Below, in pieces: positions 16,867-26,255 of a stretch of 48,127 nt of DNA. The stretch's first letter is position 1. The number at the start of each line of letters is the position of its first letter. The stretch is from a virus (lineage: Duplodnaviria; Caudoviricetes), in IMG/VR virus record IMGVR_UViG_3300022177_000081, positions 1 through 48,127 of that record; one strand, written 5' to 3'. The notes beneath the pieces are model-generated. The model was not told the DNA's origin, made no database searches, and worked only from the letters and a program-made list of their open reading frames with translations. The position numbers and the translations under genes are program-made.

Positions 16867-18760
16867 CGTTTCGTTGCGGGCCGCAGAGCGCCGGGTATGC
16901 GAGCCGCCGTCGGCGGCCGATCCGGCGGAATGGGCGGAGAAGTATCGTACCGTTTTCGCCGGAGAGCGGCGCGGACGGCCCTGGGACAATGATTTCGCGC
17001 CATATCTGCGGTTTCCCATGCAGGCCCTGGCCTTGCCCTCCGTCCGACGTGTGGCACTGGCATTTGTGCCCCAATCAGGAAAGACCCAGATTGCGCTGAA
17101 TTTTTTGGGGTGGGTTGCCGACAACCACCCCAGCCCCACAATGTTTGTCATGCCGGACGAAGATGCCTCGAAGCGGTCGTTTGAAAAACGGCTGCAACCA
17201 CTCTTCACGAAAACGGATCGGCTGCGGACGCTGGCCACGGGACGGGCTCGGGACATCGGATACGCCGGGGTCAAATTGGCGAACGGATTTGATCTGACCC
17301 TGGCCAGTGCCAAGGCGGTATCCTCGATTGCATCAGATTCTATCCGGTATGTGATTATGGATGAGACTGACAAATACGGAGATTTCGCCGGAAAGGAAGC
17401 CTCTCCCATATCACTGATTGAAGATCGCACTCGCTCATACAGTAATACCTGCCTGATCCTCAAAATGTGCACTGTCACCACGTCCAACGGATATATCTGG
17501 CAGGCGATAGAGAATGAATCGGACGTTGTCTATGATTACTACGTCCGCTGTCCGGTCCCGTTGTGTGGGACGGATCAGCTCATGAAATTTGAACAAATCC
17601 ATTTTCATGGGGTGGACGATCCTCGTGAAATGGTGCGGACCAGGGCCGCCAGATATGTTTGTGAGGTGTGCGGAAGCGAGTGGGATGACCGGTTGCGCAA
17701 CCAGGCGGTAGCCTCCGGGGAATGGCGTCCACGCATTGAGGTGGCCGCGCCCACGTCCGTCGGGTTGCATCTGCCGGCCTGGGTCAGCCGGTTCGTCAGC
17801 CTGTCCGAATGTGCGGCCGCAAGTCTCCTCGCAAAAACCAACATTCTGAAAAAGCAATATTTCGTCACCCAGATTTGTTGCCAGCCATGGGAAGACGTGG
17901 TGCGTGACCCCGGGGAGGAACGTCTCGCCGAGCTCGTCGATGCGGACCTAGTTCCCCGAACGGTCCCCACCGGGACCGTGGCCCTGACCCTGGCCGTGGA
18001 CATGCAGCAACGGTATTTTCTGTATTCGGTCATGGCGCACGCGGTGCGGCCGGTCCGTCGCTCGTGGGTAATCGATTACGGCGACGTCGGAACCTGGGAG
18101 GAACTCCAGGTGATTTTTGACACCACATGGCCCATGGCCGACGGCTCCCGTATGGGCATCTGGCGGGGAGGCCTCGACACTGGCGGCACCAAGGAAAAGG
18201 GCGAGGTTTGGTCACGCACCGAGGAGGCCTATCTGTGGCTGCAGGATAAGACCCGTCGCGGCCGGATGTTCGGCCTCAAGGGTGCCTCCGGAGCCCAGCA
18301 GAAAGCGGTGCGGCGCAGTGAGGTGGACGTGTTGCCGAAGAGCAAGCGGAAATTGGGGCACGTTATTGAACTGCGGACCATCGATACCGCCTATTTCAAG
18401 GACATCGTGGATGAGCGTTTGAATGAACCGGATACCGGGCGGCCAATCCATTTCCATGCGGAGACGGATGCCGAATATCTGCGGCAACTGACGGCGGAAC
18501 GCAAGGTGCGAGACGCAAAGGGCCGCGTGTCTTGGGAGCAACGGGGATCACGGGCGAACCATCAGTGGGATGTCCTTGTGTACCATGAGGCGCTGTGCTC
18601 GGTGCTCTGGAAGCCATGCCTGGATTTGTTGCCCAGGCCGCAGCGCGTGCAGAATCAGGATCAACCGGTGAAACAAACCCGGCCTGTGTCCTCGCCACCG
18701 TCCGTCCTGGATTTGCGGGGCGGGTTGTCTGGGCGCGGGTCGTGGGGGAGCGGGAGGTAG
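16853..18760 (+). CDS. Terminase large subunit, lambda GpA family
   Basis: AEWAEKYR, Walker A QSGKT, Walker B VIMDETD, Cys clusters, AVDMQ and NHQWD nuclease motifs. Confidence 0.95.
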   Translation: MRPINVSLRAAERRVCEPPSAADPAEWAEKYRTVFAGERRGRPWDNDFAPYLRFPMQALALPSVRRVALAFVPQSGKTQIALNFLGWVADNHPSPTMFVMPDEDASKRSFEKRLQPLFTKTDRLRTLATGRARDIGYAGVKLANGFDLTLASAKAVSSIASDSIRYVIMDETDKYGDFAGKEASPISLIEDRTRSYSNTCLILKMCTVTTSNGYIWQAIENESDVVYDYYVRCPVPLCGTDQLMKFEQIHFHGVDDPREMVRTRAARYVCEVCGSEWDDRLRNQAVASGEWRPRIEVAAPTSVGLHLPAWVSRFVSLSECAAASLLAKTNILKKQYFVTQICCQPWEDVVRDPGEERLAELVDADLVPRTVPTGTVALTLAVDMQQRYFLYSVMAHAVRPVRRSWVIDYGDVGTWEELQVIFDTTWPMADGSRMGIWRGGLDTGGTKEKGEVWSRTEEAYLWLQDKTRRGRMFGLKGASGAQQKAVRRSEVDVLPKSKRKLGHVIELRTIDTAYFKDIVDERLNEPDTGRPIHFHAETDAEYLRQLTAERKVRDAKGRVSWEQRGSRANHQWDVLVYHEALCSVLWKPCLDLLPRPQRVQNQDQPVKQTRPVSSPPSVLDLRGGLSGRGSWGSGR

Positions 18761-18761
18761 C

Positions 18762-18944
18762 ATGTCGCACGCCGTTTTTGATCGTGGCCTCAATCGCACC
18801 GAGGTCATGGCTATCCTGGGGATCAGCCAGGCGTCGTTTTATCGGCTGATAGCGGCCGGGAAGCTCAAGGCCTATCGCATTAACGTCGCCTACCGGGTGC
18901 GGGCCTCGGAGGTCGAGCGATTTCGTCAGGAGCACGAAGCGTGA
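18762..18944 (+). CDS. Excisionase-like (HTH_17) small DNA-binding protein
   Basis: EVMAILGISQASFYRLIAAGKLKAYRI...YRV. Confidence 0.85.
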   Translation: MSHAVFDRGLNRTEVMAILGISQASFYRLIAAGKLKAYRINVAYRVRASEVERFRQEHEA

Positions 18945-19028
18945 TTTTGCGCGTATTGCCCCCATTCGTATCGGATGCTTGTCAGGCTGAAGTGCATACG
19001 ATATCGGTCATCGAAAAATGGAGGGCAT

Positions 19029-19538
19029 ATGCGCAGAGTCGCCGCTCGCACGGCGGCTGCGGTTTCTCTGGCGGTGTTGCTTGCCGTCGGCGTGGCTGCG
19101 GCCCAGGGATGGTATGGAATCTGTTATGCGGCTCAAGTCCAAGGTGGTATCAATCCGCTTACTGGACAACAGCTTCAATATGAGACGATTGAAGGCTGGA
19201 AAAAGGATAACAAGACAGAGAACAACGTGTCTCAGGATGAAAGCGAGTCAGACCGTGAGAAGAGATATTTTAACGAGTATTCCGAAAAGGCTATACAGGG
19301 CGACTATCAGGCCCAAAGAAATTTAGCATGGTTATACAGCACATCAAAGAATCCATTCATTGCTAATCTTATGCTTGGGTGTGCGTGGTATAAGTTGATT
19401 TTGCTATCAGGAAGTCCAAAAATTAATGATGGCGACATCGGAAATGTCAAGGTCTATTGCGGGAAACTCTCTCCCGAACAGCAGGCAGTGACCGAACAGC
19501 AGGCGCTGCATCTGTATCAGGAGATATACCAGAAATGA
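19029..19538 (+). CDS. Exported Sel1-like-repeat protein (moron, lower GC)
   Basis: Signal peptide ending AAA-Q; KAIQGDYQAQRNLAWLY..GCAWY Sel1-like motif; GGAGG RBS; AT-rich codons. Confidence 0.75.
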   Translation: MRRVAARTAAAVSLAVLLAVGVAAAQGWYGICYAAQVQGGINPLTGQQLQYETIEGWKKDNKTENNVSQDESESDREKRYFNEYSEKAIQGDYQAQRNLAWLYSTSKNPFIANLMLGCAWYKLILLSGSPKINDGDIGNVKVYCGKLSPEQQAVTEQQALHLYQEIYQK

Positions 19539-19697
19539 CGCTTGTGTGTCCATTTTTGAGACGTTATTATCCTCGCTTCAGAGATGGATGCCGGGCATGT
19601 TGAATAATTTTGTGCGTGGCGCAGATTCTTTCTAAATCACTATCAACCGTTATCAAACGCACGCGCATGAATTGTCGATATCCGGTATCTGGTCGGC

Positions 19698-19991
19698 ATG
19701 AACACCGACACCGGAACCCTGCTTCGTGATGCCGCCATTCTCGCGGATGTGCATACCGTCGACGAGCTCCGGGATCGTCTGGAACTTTGGAAGGCAGCGG
19801 AAGCCGCAGTCGCCACCAGCCAGTCCTATCAACTCGCCGGCAGGGCATTGACCCGGGCCGACGCAGCCGAAATCCGCCACAATCTTCTCCTGTATTCCCG
19901 GGCCGTGAAGCTCTCTTCCCAGGGCACCCTGGGAGGCGGCCCGCGCCTAGTTCCCGCCCGCATCGCCGGAGGGCTGGCCGATCATGGGTAG
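19698..19991 (+). CDS. gpW-like head completion protein
   Basis: AEAAVATSQSYQLAGRALTRAD motif; sits between TerL and portal. Confidence 0.75.
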   Translation: MNTDTGTLLRDAAILADVHTVDELRDRLELWKAAEAAVATSQSYQLAGRALTRADAAEIRHNLLLYSRAVKLSSQGTLGGGPRLVPARIAGGLADHG

Positions 19992-21549
19992 CCGTCCACC
20001 CCGTCGCATGGCCGCCACGGCCGCCGCTGTCCGCCCGTTTCGCTCCAGGCCCGTCCGCCGCGTAGCATCCGGCCATGCCGGGACCATGGCCGGCTGGCAT
20101 CCCGTCAGGATCGGCAGTCCGCAGTCCTCCATGGATCGTCAAACCCTCGTCGATCGGGCGGAGGATCTGGCGGCGAACGACGGGCACGCCGCCAGCCTGA
20201 TCGACACCAAAACCCTGAACATTTCAGGCTGGGGACTGGCTCCGCAAAGCCGTGTTCGAGCCTCGGATCTGGACCTGTCGCATGATGAGGTCCGGGGGAT
20301 TCGACGTGACCAGGAACGGGCGTTCCGTCTTTGGTGTCTGGAGGCCCATGCCGCTGGTCGACTGCATTTTTTCGACATGCAGGGGCTGGCTATCCGGGAT
20401 GCCCTGCGTTGCGGCGAGTTCCTCTTCCTGTCCAGGATGCTCGACAATCCCGGTCGCCGATTCTCGTTCGCTCTGCAGGACGTGGATCCCTCCAGGCTTT
20501 GTTCCCCGTTCGCCAGCCTGGACGATCCGAATCTGCGGGACGGTATCGAGATCGACCCTGCCACCGGCGCACCCATCCGGTATCACATCAAAAACCCGTC
20601 AGCCGGAGCGTACGAGATTGAGGGGTGGCAGGCTGTCGATGCCCGGCGCGGGCACAGGCGACTCGTGTTCCACGGCTATCGGTACAGCCGGGCCGAGCAA
20701 TGGCGCGGGGAACCGGCCCTGGCCCCGGTCGTGAAGTTGTTCAAGGACAAATACGATTTTCTGGACTACGAGGTCGTGGCCCAGATTCTGACATCTTCGC
20801 TCCCCATGGCGATCAAGACCGCCCTGGGAGGCATGGGCTTGGGCGGCGAAGGGGACGAATCGCCTCAGCGTGTCTATCATCAGCGCATCAACCCAGCCCA
20901 GATTTTGTATCTGAACGAGGGCGAAGAAGCCCAGATGCTGCAAAGCAATCGTCCAGGCAACAATTTCGAGGGTTTTTTCCGTCTGATCCTGCGGACCATC
21001 GGTGCCGCCGCAGGCGTCCCCTACGAGCAGCTGCTCAAGGACTATTCGCAGACCAATTACAGCTCGGCCCGGGCCGCACTCCTTGAATTCTGGCGGGTCT
21101 GTACGGAATACCGGGCATGGTTTTTCCGGCATTTCTGCGACCCCATCTGGTCTTACGTCCAGGAGGAAGCCCTGCTGCGCGGGTACTGGAGCATCCCTGG
21201 TGGCGACATCAACCGGTTTTACGCCGACATGGATCTCTGGACCGCCGTCTGGTGGGCCCCCCCGCCGCGTGGCTACGTCGATCCGCTGAAAGAAATTCAA
21301 GCCGCCGAAAAATCTGTCGCCATGGGATTTTTATCTCATTCGGATGTCATCGGCGAGCAGGGGCGCGACGCCGAGGAGGTGTTCGACCAGATCGCCGAGG
21401 ATCGCAGGGCCCTGGCGGAGCGAGGAATTATCATCACGCCAGCCGGGGCGGCCCTCCGCAAAGACGAACCCGTGGAAGACGATTCCGCTGACCGGTTCGC
21501 CGTCCCCCATGGTGCGGCCGACGCTGAAGGAGCACAGGCATGCCGTTGA
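19984..21549 (+). CDS. Portal protein, lambda family
   Basis: RAEDLAANDG, DGIEID, RGEP.LAPV, DYSQTNYSSARAAL and VDPLKE motifs. Confidence 0.95.
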   Translation: MGSRPPRRMAATAAAVRPFRSRPVRRVASGHAGTMAGWHPVRIGSPQSSMDRQTLVDRAEDLAANDGHAASLIDTKTLNISGWGLAPQSRVRASDLDLSHDEVRGIRRDQERAFRLWCLEAHAAGRLHFFDMQGLAIRDALRCGEFLFLSRMLDNPGRRFSFALQDVDPSRLCSPFASLDDPNLRDGIEIDPATGAPIRYHIKNPSAGAYEIEGWQAVDARRGHRRLVFHGYRYSRAEQWRGEPALAPVVKLFKDKYDFLDYEVVAQILTSSLPMAIKTALGGMGLGGEGDESPQRVYHQRINPAQILYLNEGEEAQMLQSNRPGNNFEGFFRLILRTIGAAAGVPYEQLLKDYSQTNYSSARAALLEFWRVCTEYRAWFFRHFCDPIWSYVQEEALLRGYWSIPGGDINRFYADMDLWTAVWWAPPPRGYVDPLKEIQAAEKSVAMGFLSHSDVIGEQGRDAEEVFDQIAEDRRALAERGIIITPAGAALRKDEPVEDDSADRFAVPHGAADAEGAQACR

Positions 21550-22745
21550 TTCCCACACAATGGCTCATGGAGCCGGACGCCCTGACTTGGTGGTTGCGTC
21601 AGTCCTCGGATCGCCTACGGCTGGGCACGTCGTTGTTTCTGGACTTCGACCCTGCCCGGGCCAGGCCGTACGAACTGCTGGACGGCGGCATCGCCGTTAT
21701 TCCCATTACCGGGCCCCTCTCGAAGGCGGATCGCTGGTGGTCCATGGGGGGCAGCTATCTCGTGATCGGCAATCAGGTGCGTCAGGCGCTGACCGATTCC
21801 GCCGTCAAGGCCATCCTGCTGGATGTCGACAGCCCCGGCGGCGAATGTTCGGGCGTGCAGGAGTTGGCGACGATCATCGACTCGGCCGACGCGGTCAAGC
21901 CCGTCTATGCCTGGGCTGACGGGACGTGCTGTTCGGCTGCGTATTGGCTGGCGTCGCGGGCGCGGATACTGGCCGTCAACCCGATCACGAACGTCGGTTC
22001 CATCGGAGTCGTCGGGGTGCACCTGGAAATTTCCAAGGCGGCCGAAGCGGCCGGATATACGTTCACGGTCATCTCGGCGGGCAAGGAAAAGGCGTTCGGC
22101 AACAACTACGAGCCGCTGTCGCCCGAGGCGTTGGCGTCGATCCAGGGCAGGATGGACGGCATCTATACGCTGTTCGTCAGGGAGGTCGCAGCTGCACGTG
22201 ACCTGGACGAGGCGTCGGCCCGCGAATGGGCCGACGGCCGCGTATTTCTGGCACAGGAGGGCCTCAAGGCCGGTCTGGTCGACCGGGTACAGAACAGGGA
22301 TGAGCTGTTGGCATCCATACGGGAGGAAATCATGGACAAATCGATGCAGGCCCTGGCTGGTCAAACCGCCCAGGGTGCCGGACCGTCGGCGGCCGCCGCG
22401 GCATCTCCGGACGTTTCGGCCATCACCGCCCAGGCCGCACAGTCCGGACGCGACGAAGTGCTGGCCCTGGTGGGCGTGGTGGCCGGGGAGGAAGTGAAAA
22501 AGCGCCTGGAGACCGCTCTGTCCGCAGGTCTCACCGGCGAGTCGCTGGCGGCTGCCGCCCTGATCGTGGGGGCGTCCGGTCCCGCAGGGGAAAAACAGGC
22601 AGCCGCGAAGCCCGAGGCCATGCTTGACGCCCTGCGGCGTCTGGACGCCGACGGTGTCAAGCCGGGTGCCAAGACGCCGGGCGCGCCCACAAACGCGAAT
22701 TACCTGGTGGATTACATGGCCAAGCAATTCGGAGGTGCGAAATGA
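21540..22745 (+). CDS. S49 prohead protease with C-terminal scaffold region (gpC/Nu3-like)
   Basis: LDVDSPGG, CSAAYWLAS, VGSIGV; Ala-rich C-terminus with a possible internal start (GGAGG..ATG, MDKS). Confidence 0.92.
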   Translation: MPLIPTQWLMEPDALTWWLRQSSDRLRLGTSLFLDFDPARARPYELLDGGIAVIPITGPLSKADRWWSMGGSYLVIGNQVRQALTDSAVKAILLDVDSPGGECSGVQELATIIDSADAVKPVYAWADGTCCSAAYWLASRARILAVNPITNVGSIGVVGVHLEISKAAEAAGYTFTVISAGKEKAFGNNYEPLSPEALASIQGRMDGIYTLFVREVAAARDLDEASAREWADGRVFLAQEGLKAGLVDRVQNRDELLASIREEIMDKSMQALAGQTAQGAGPSAAAAASPDVSAITAQAAQSGRDEVLALVGVVAGEEVKKRLETALSAGLTGESLAAAALIVGASGPAGEKQAAAKPEAMLDALRRLDADGVKPGAKTPGAPTNANYLVDYMAKQFGGAK

Positions 22746-23389
22746 CCATCCTGACCGAAAAAAACAGCCTCTCGGACATCGTGCGCCGGGAACTGCGGGA
22801 CTTTTCCCGCGCCCAGGCCGTTTTTACCGGGGGATTGATCCCGTTGTGCGGCGTCGTCGGGCGGGTGTCCCTGGGCGCGCCGGTAGCCGCCGCCGTCCAG
22901 GGCAATACCGGGAACGGCGAGATCTCCGATCTGGCCCTCGGGGTCATGGCCGAGGAGGGGATTTACCGGCTCGCGTGCGCCGAGGCCGTGGCCGGGTCGG
23001 GCGTCTTTCATGTGATCAGCCCGCGTGGCCTGCGACTTGAGGACGCCGTCGTCGGTGCGCCCTATGCCTCGCCGCATCTGTCGTTCACCCTGTCAGGCGG
23101 GGCTGCCGATTTCGTCGCCGGGGATGAAATCACGATCACGGTGCCGCCCGGGTCCGGAAAGTACAAGATCCTCGATCCGGATGCCGTGGACGGTACCCAG
23201 GTGGCCGCCGGCCTGACCATCGACGTCTACGACGCTCGGCTGTCGGACGTGCGCGGCGTCGTGATCAACGGCCACGCGGTGGTGATCGGCGACATGTTGT
23301 CCTGGCCGGCCGGCCTGACCGCCGCCCAGAAAAACCAGGCCCTGGCCGAACTGGCCGCTCTGGGCGTCAAATCCAGCGTGGGGGTCTAA
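22742..23389 (+). CDS. Head decoration protein (gpD-like)
   Basis: Position between protease and MCP; DPDAVDGTQVAAG and L.WPAG....QK..ALAELAALG motifs. Confidence 0.85.
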   Translation: MTILTEKNSLSDIVRRELRDFSRAQAVFTGGLIPLCGVVGRVSLGAPVAAAVQGNTGNGEISDLALGVMAEEGIYRLACAEAVAGSGVFHVISPRGLRLEDAVVGAPYASPHLSFTLSGGAADFVAGDEITITVPPGSGKYKILDPDAVDGTQVAAGLTIDVYDARLSDVRGVVINGHAVVIGDMLSWPAGLTAAQKNQALAELAALGVKSSVGV

Positions 23390-23392
23390 GTC

Positions 23393-24424
23393 ATGCCCAT
23401 GATCAATCCGTTCGCCCAGGATGCCTTCAGTTTGGTCAGCCTGACCACGTCCATCAACCTCGTGCCCAATACCTACGGCCGTCTGTTGACCGGGAAAATC
23501 TTCGTCCATAAACCGATCACCACCACGTCCGTGCTGATCGAGCGCAAAGGCAATATCCTGACCCTGCTGCCGTCCCAGCCGCGCGGAGGCCCCGGTTCGC
23601 AGTCTCGTCACGGCGGCCGGAACATGATCTCGTTGACCGTGCCGCACATCCCCATGGATGACGTGATCTTGCCCCAGGCCTTCCAGGGCGTGAGGGAATT
23701 CGGCACCGAAAACTCGCTGAAAACCCTCTCGTCCGTCATGGGGGGCTGTCTGATCGACAACCACCGCAAATTCGAGATCACCTGGGAGTTCCTCATGTGG
23801 GGAGCCATCAAGGGTTTGATCTTGGACGGCGACGGCGAGACCGTCCTCGAAAATCTGTACGAGCGGTTCGGCATGCAGCAGAAGGTCATCTACTTCGATC
23901 TGGACAACGACGCCACGGACGTGGGCAGCACTTGCCGCGATCTGTGCCGCTACATCGAGGAAAACCTGTTCGGCGACGTGTCAACGGGCGTGCGTGCCTT
24001 CGTGTCCAAAGAATTTTTCGACAAGCTGATCACCCATCCCAGCGTCGAGAAATTCTACCTCAACCAAGTGGCCGCCGCCGAACTGACCAGCAAGGATATC
24101 CGCAAGGGATTTACCTTCAGCGGCGTGATTTTCGAGGAATTCGGCGGCCAGGCCCCCAGTTCCCAGGGAGCGGTCATCCGATTCATCGCCGAGGGTGAGG
24201 GACACGCGATCCCCGAGGGGACCATGTCCACGTTCCAGTTCGCCACAGCCCCCGGCAACTTCATTGACACCGTGAACACCCCTGGGGAAATGCTCTATGC
24301 CCGCCAGGAGCTCAAGGATTTCAACCGGGGCGTGGATCTGTGGTTCGAGTCGAACCCGCTGCCGTACTGCACCCGGCCCAACGTCCTGGTGAAATGCGTC
24401 GCGAGCGCGGACCCCGAGGCCTAA
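23393..24424 (+). CDS. Major capsid protein, lambda E family
   Basis: FSLVSLTTSIN, TWEFLMWGAIKG.ILD and ESNPLPYCTRP motifs. Confidence 0.93.
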   Translation: MPMINPFAQDAFSLVSLTTSINLVPNTYGRLLTGKIFVHKPITTTSVLIERKGNILTLLPSQPRGGPGSQSRHGGRNMISLTVPHIPMDDVILPQAFQGVREFGTENSLKTLSSVMGGCLIDNHRKFEITWEFLMWGAIKGLILDGDGETVLENLYERFGMQQKVIYFDLDNDATDVGSTCRDLCRYIEENLFGDVSTGVRAFVSKEFFDKLITHPSVEKFYLNQVAAAELTSKDIRKGFTFSGVIFEEFGGQAPSSQGAVIRFIAEGEGHAIPEGTMSTFQFATAPGNFIDTVNTPGEMLYARQELKDFNRGVDLWFESNPLPYCTRPNVLVKCVASADPEA

Positions 24425-24425
24425 G

Positions 24426-25325
24426 ATGTTTCCGTCCGGCGTCAAACACTTCAAGGCCCGCGAGTGGCGGCATGATCCGGACCGGGTGTCGCCCGATCTG
24501 GTGCTGTCCATGGACGGTGTCCGGGAAAAGGCCGGCGTCCCGATTCGCATCAATCAGGCCAGGGATTCGGCCGGGCATGTCCCGGGTTCTGGGCATTACG
24601 ACGATCCGGCCACGGCCGTGGATTTTGCATTCCTTGGCCTGACGTACCGCCGTCAACTGGATCTGCTGGATCAGGCCGGATTCTCCGGCATCGGATTCTA
24701 TCCGGACTGGAACACACCCGGCTGGCATGCCGACCAGAAGCAGCGCTCCGCGCGGGCGTTTTGGGTCTGCCGCAAAGGGCAGTACGCTTATTACCGATCG
24801 GCGGAGGAATTGGCGCAGGCCATGGGCTGGCACGAGGCCGCCCCGGCAGCGTCCCATGTGGACCTGATCCGCGCTGTGTCCACCCGTCACGGTCATCCGT
24901 GGGAACTGGTTCTGGCCATGGTCCGGAAGGAATCCGGCGGCAACCAGCACGCTATGCGCTTCGAGCCGGATTTTTTCCGGAAATACGTCGAGGGGCGCGA
25001 GCTTGGTTTTCGGCCGGAGCATTGCTCGAAGGCCACAGAGGCCTACGGCCGGGCGTTTTCCTGGGGACTGCTTCAGATCATGGGGGAGACGGCCAGGGAA
25101 CTGGGGTTTTCAGGGTGGTTCCCGGAATTGTGCGATCCGGAAACCGGCCTCGAATGGGGCTGCCGCTATCTGGCTGATCTGCGCCGCCGTTTTGGCGGCG
25201 AGGGGTGGCCTGTCGTGGTCCGGGCCTACAACGCCGGGTCCGGCGGCCGGAACAATCAGAGCAACAACTATCCGGGCGAGGTGTTGGAAAATCTCGGCGG
25301 GAGGTGGCCGGATGAGGCTGCGTAA
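24426..25325 (+). CDS. Two-domain endolysin: M15-like Zn peptidase plus SLT lytic transglycosylase
   Basis: SGH...ATAVD and GIGFY...WHAD (M15-like); KESGG, WGLLQIMG and AYNAG (SLT). Confidence 0.85.
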   Translation: MFPSGVKHFKAREWRHDPDRVSPDLVLSMDGVREKAGVPIRINQARDSAGHVPGSGHYDDPATAVDFAFLGLTYRRQLDLLDQAGFSGIGFYPDWNTPGWHADQKQRSARAFWVCRKGQYAYYRSAEELAQAMGWHEAAPAASHVDLIRAVSTRHGHPWELVLAMVRKESGGNQHAMRFEPDFFRKYVEGRELGFRPEHCSKATEAYGRAFSWGLLQIMGETARELGFSGWFPELCDPETGLEWGCRYLADLRRRFGGEGWPVVVRAYNAGSGGRNNQSNNYPGEVLENLGGRWPDEAA

Positions 25326-25830
25326 ACTCTTTTGTCATCTCGCGAATCCCCTGCACATCTACTGCAGATTGTGTGACATGGGGATCTCCAGGCTGCGTTC
25401 CAGACATTGGGCGGCGGTATGGGAGCGATGCGTCGCCAGACCGTTGGGCATCGTTTCCCTGACCGTGTTGCTGATCGTGGCGATAACCGTCCCTGCGGCC
25501 TCTGCCCGGCATCTGCATCTGGAGCGTGAGTATCAGCGGGTCTGGTGCGACAGGCAACAGGGAGCCATGGAGGTCCGCCTGCCCGGCGGCCTGCGTATCG
25601 ACTGCGAGACGGCGACTCATGCCGTCGAGGTCGATTTTGCTCCCAAGTGGGCCGAGGCCGTGGGGCAATCGTTGGCCTATGCCGCTGTCACCGGGAAGCG
25701 GGCCGGGATCCTGCTGATCCTGGAAAAACCGTCCGATGAACGGCACCTGGCGAAATTGCAGTCGGTCATCACCACCTACTCGTTGCCGGTGGACATCTGG
25801 CTGATCGAACCGGGCGAGGTCGGGCAATGA
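25312..25830 (+). CDS. Membrane-anchored or exported protein with a PD-(D/E)XK-like nuclease-fold domain
   Basis: Hydrophobic segment ending ASA, then E...RIDC....AVEVD...WAEAVGQSLAY motif. Confidence 0.6.
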   Translation: MRLRKLFCHLANPLHIYCRLCDMGISRLRSRHWAAVWERCVARPLGIVSLTVLLIVAITVPAASARHLHLEREYQRVWCDRQQGAMEVRLPGGLRIDCETATHAVEVDFAPKWAEAVGQSLAYAAVTGKRAGILLILEKPSDERHLAKLQSVITTYSLPVDIWLIEPGEVGQ

Positions 25831-26252
25831 ACAGGATGCAATCCGCCTGGCGTCTGGCGCGGGGCCTGTTCTCTTCGCGGACCGGACGCGCGACCGGCTG
25901 TCTGTACCTGCTGTTGTCCACCGTCCAGGTGCTCGTGTCCCTGGGGTGGGTGGATCCGAGCGGGCATGTGGACATGCGCCTGTGGATCAACGGCTACATT
26001 TTGGACTTGCCGCAATTCAATCTGTGGTGGGTCGTGTCGGCCGTCGGCGGTGTGGCTGCCAGCTGGGGCCTGTACGGCCGGGCCGTGGCCTCCGGGCCGC
26101 TGGTTTCCCGTGCAGTTCCCGGGACTGCTGCGGACGCTGTGGTGCCGGAGACACCGCCAACGGGATCGACACCGGAGGACAGGCCTCCCCCGGTGGTGCT
26201 CGGCGTCCCGGCCGGTGCCGGTCTGGGGCAAACATTTTCACGGGAGGGATGA
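25827..26252 (+). CDS. Membrane protein in the lysis cassette
   Basis: Two hydrophobic segments and a Pro-rich tail; ATGA coupling. Confidence 0.65.
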   Translation: MNRMQSAWRLARGLFSSRTGRATGCLYLLLSTVQVLVSLGWVDPSGHVDMRLWINGYILDLPQFNLWWVVSAVGGVAASWGLYGRAVASGPLVSRAVPGTAADAVVPETPPTGSTPEDRPPPVVLGVPAGAGLGQTFSREG

Positions 26253-26255
26253 GCC

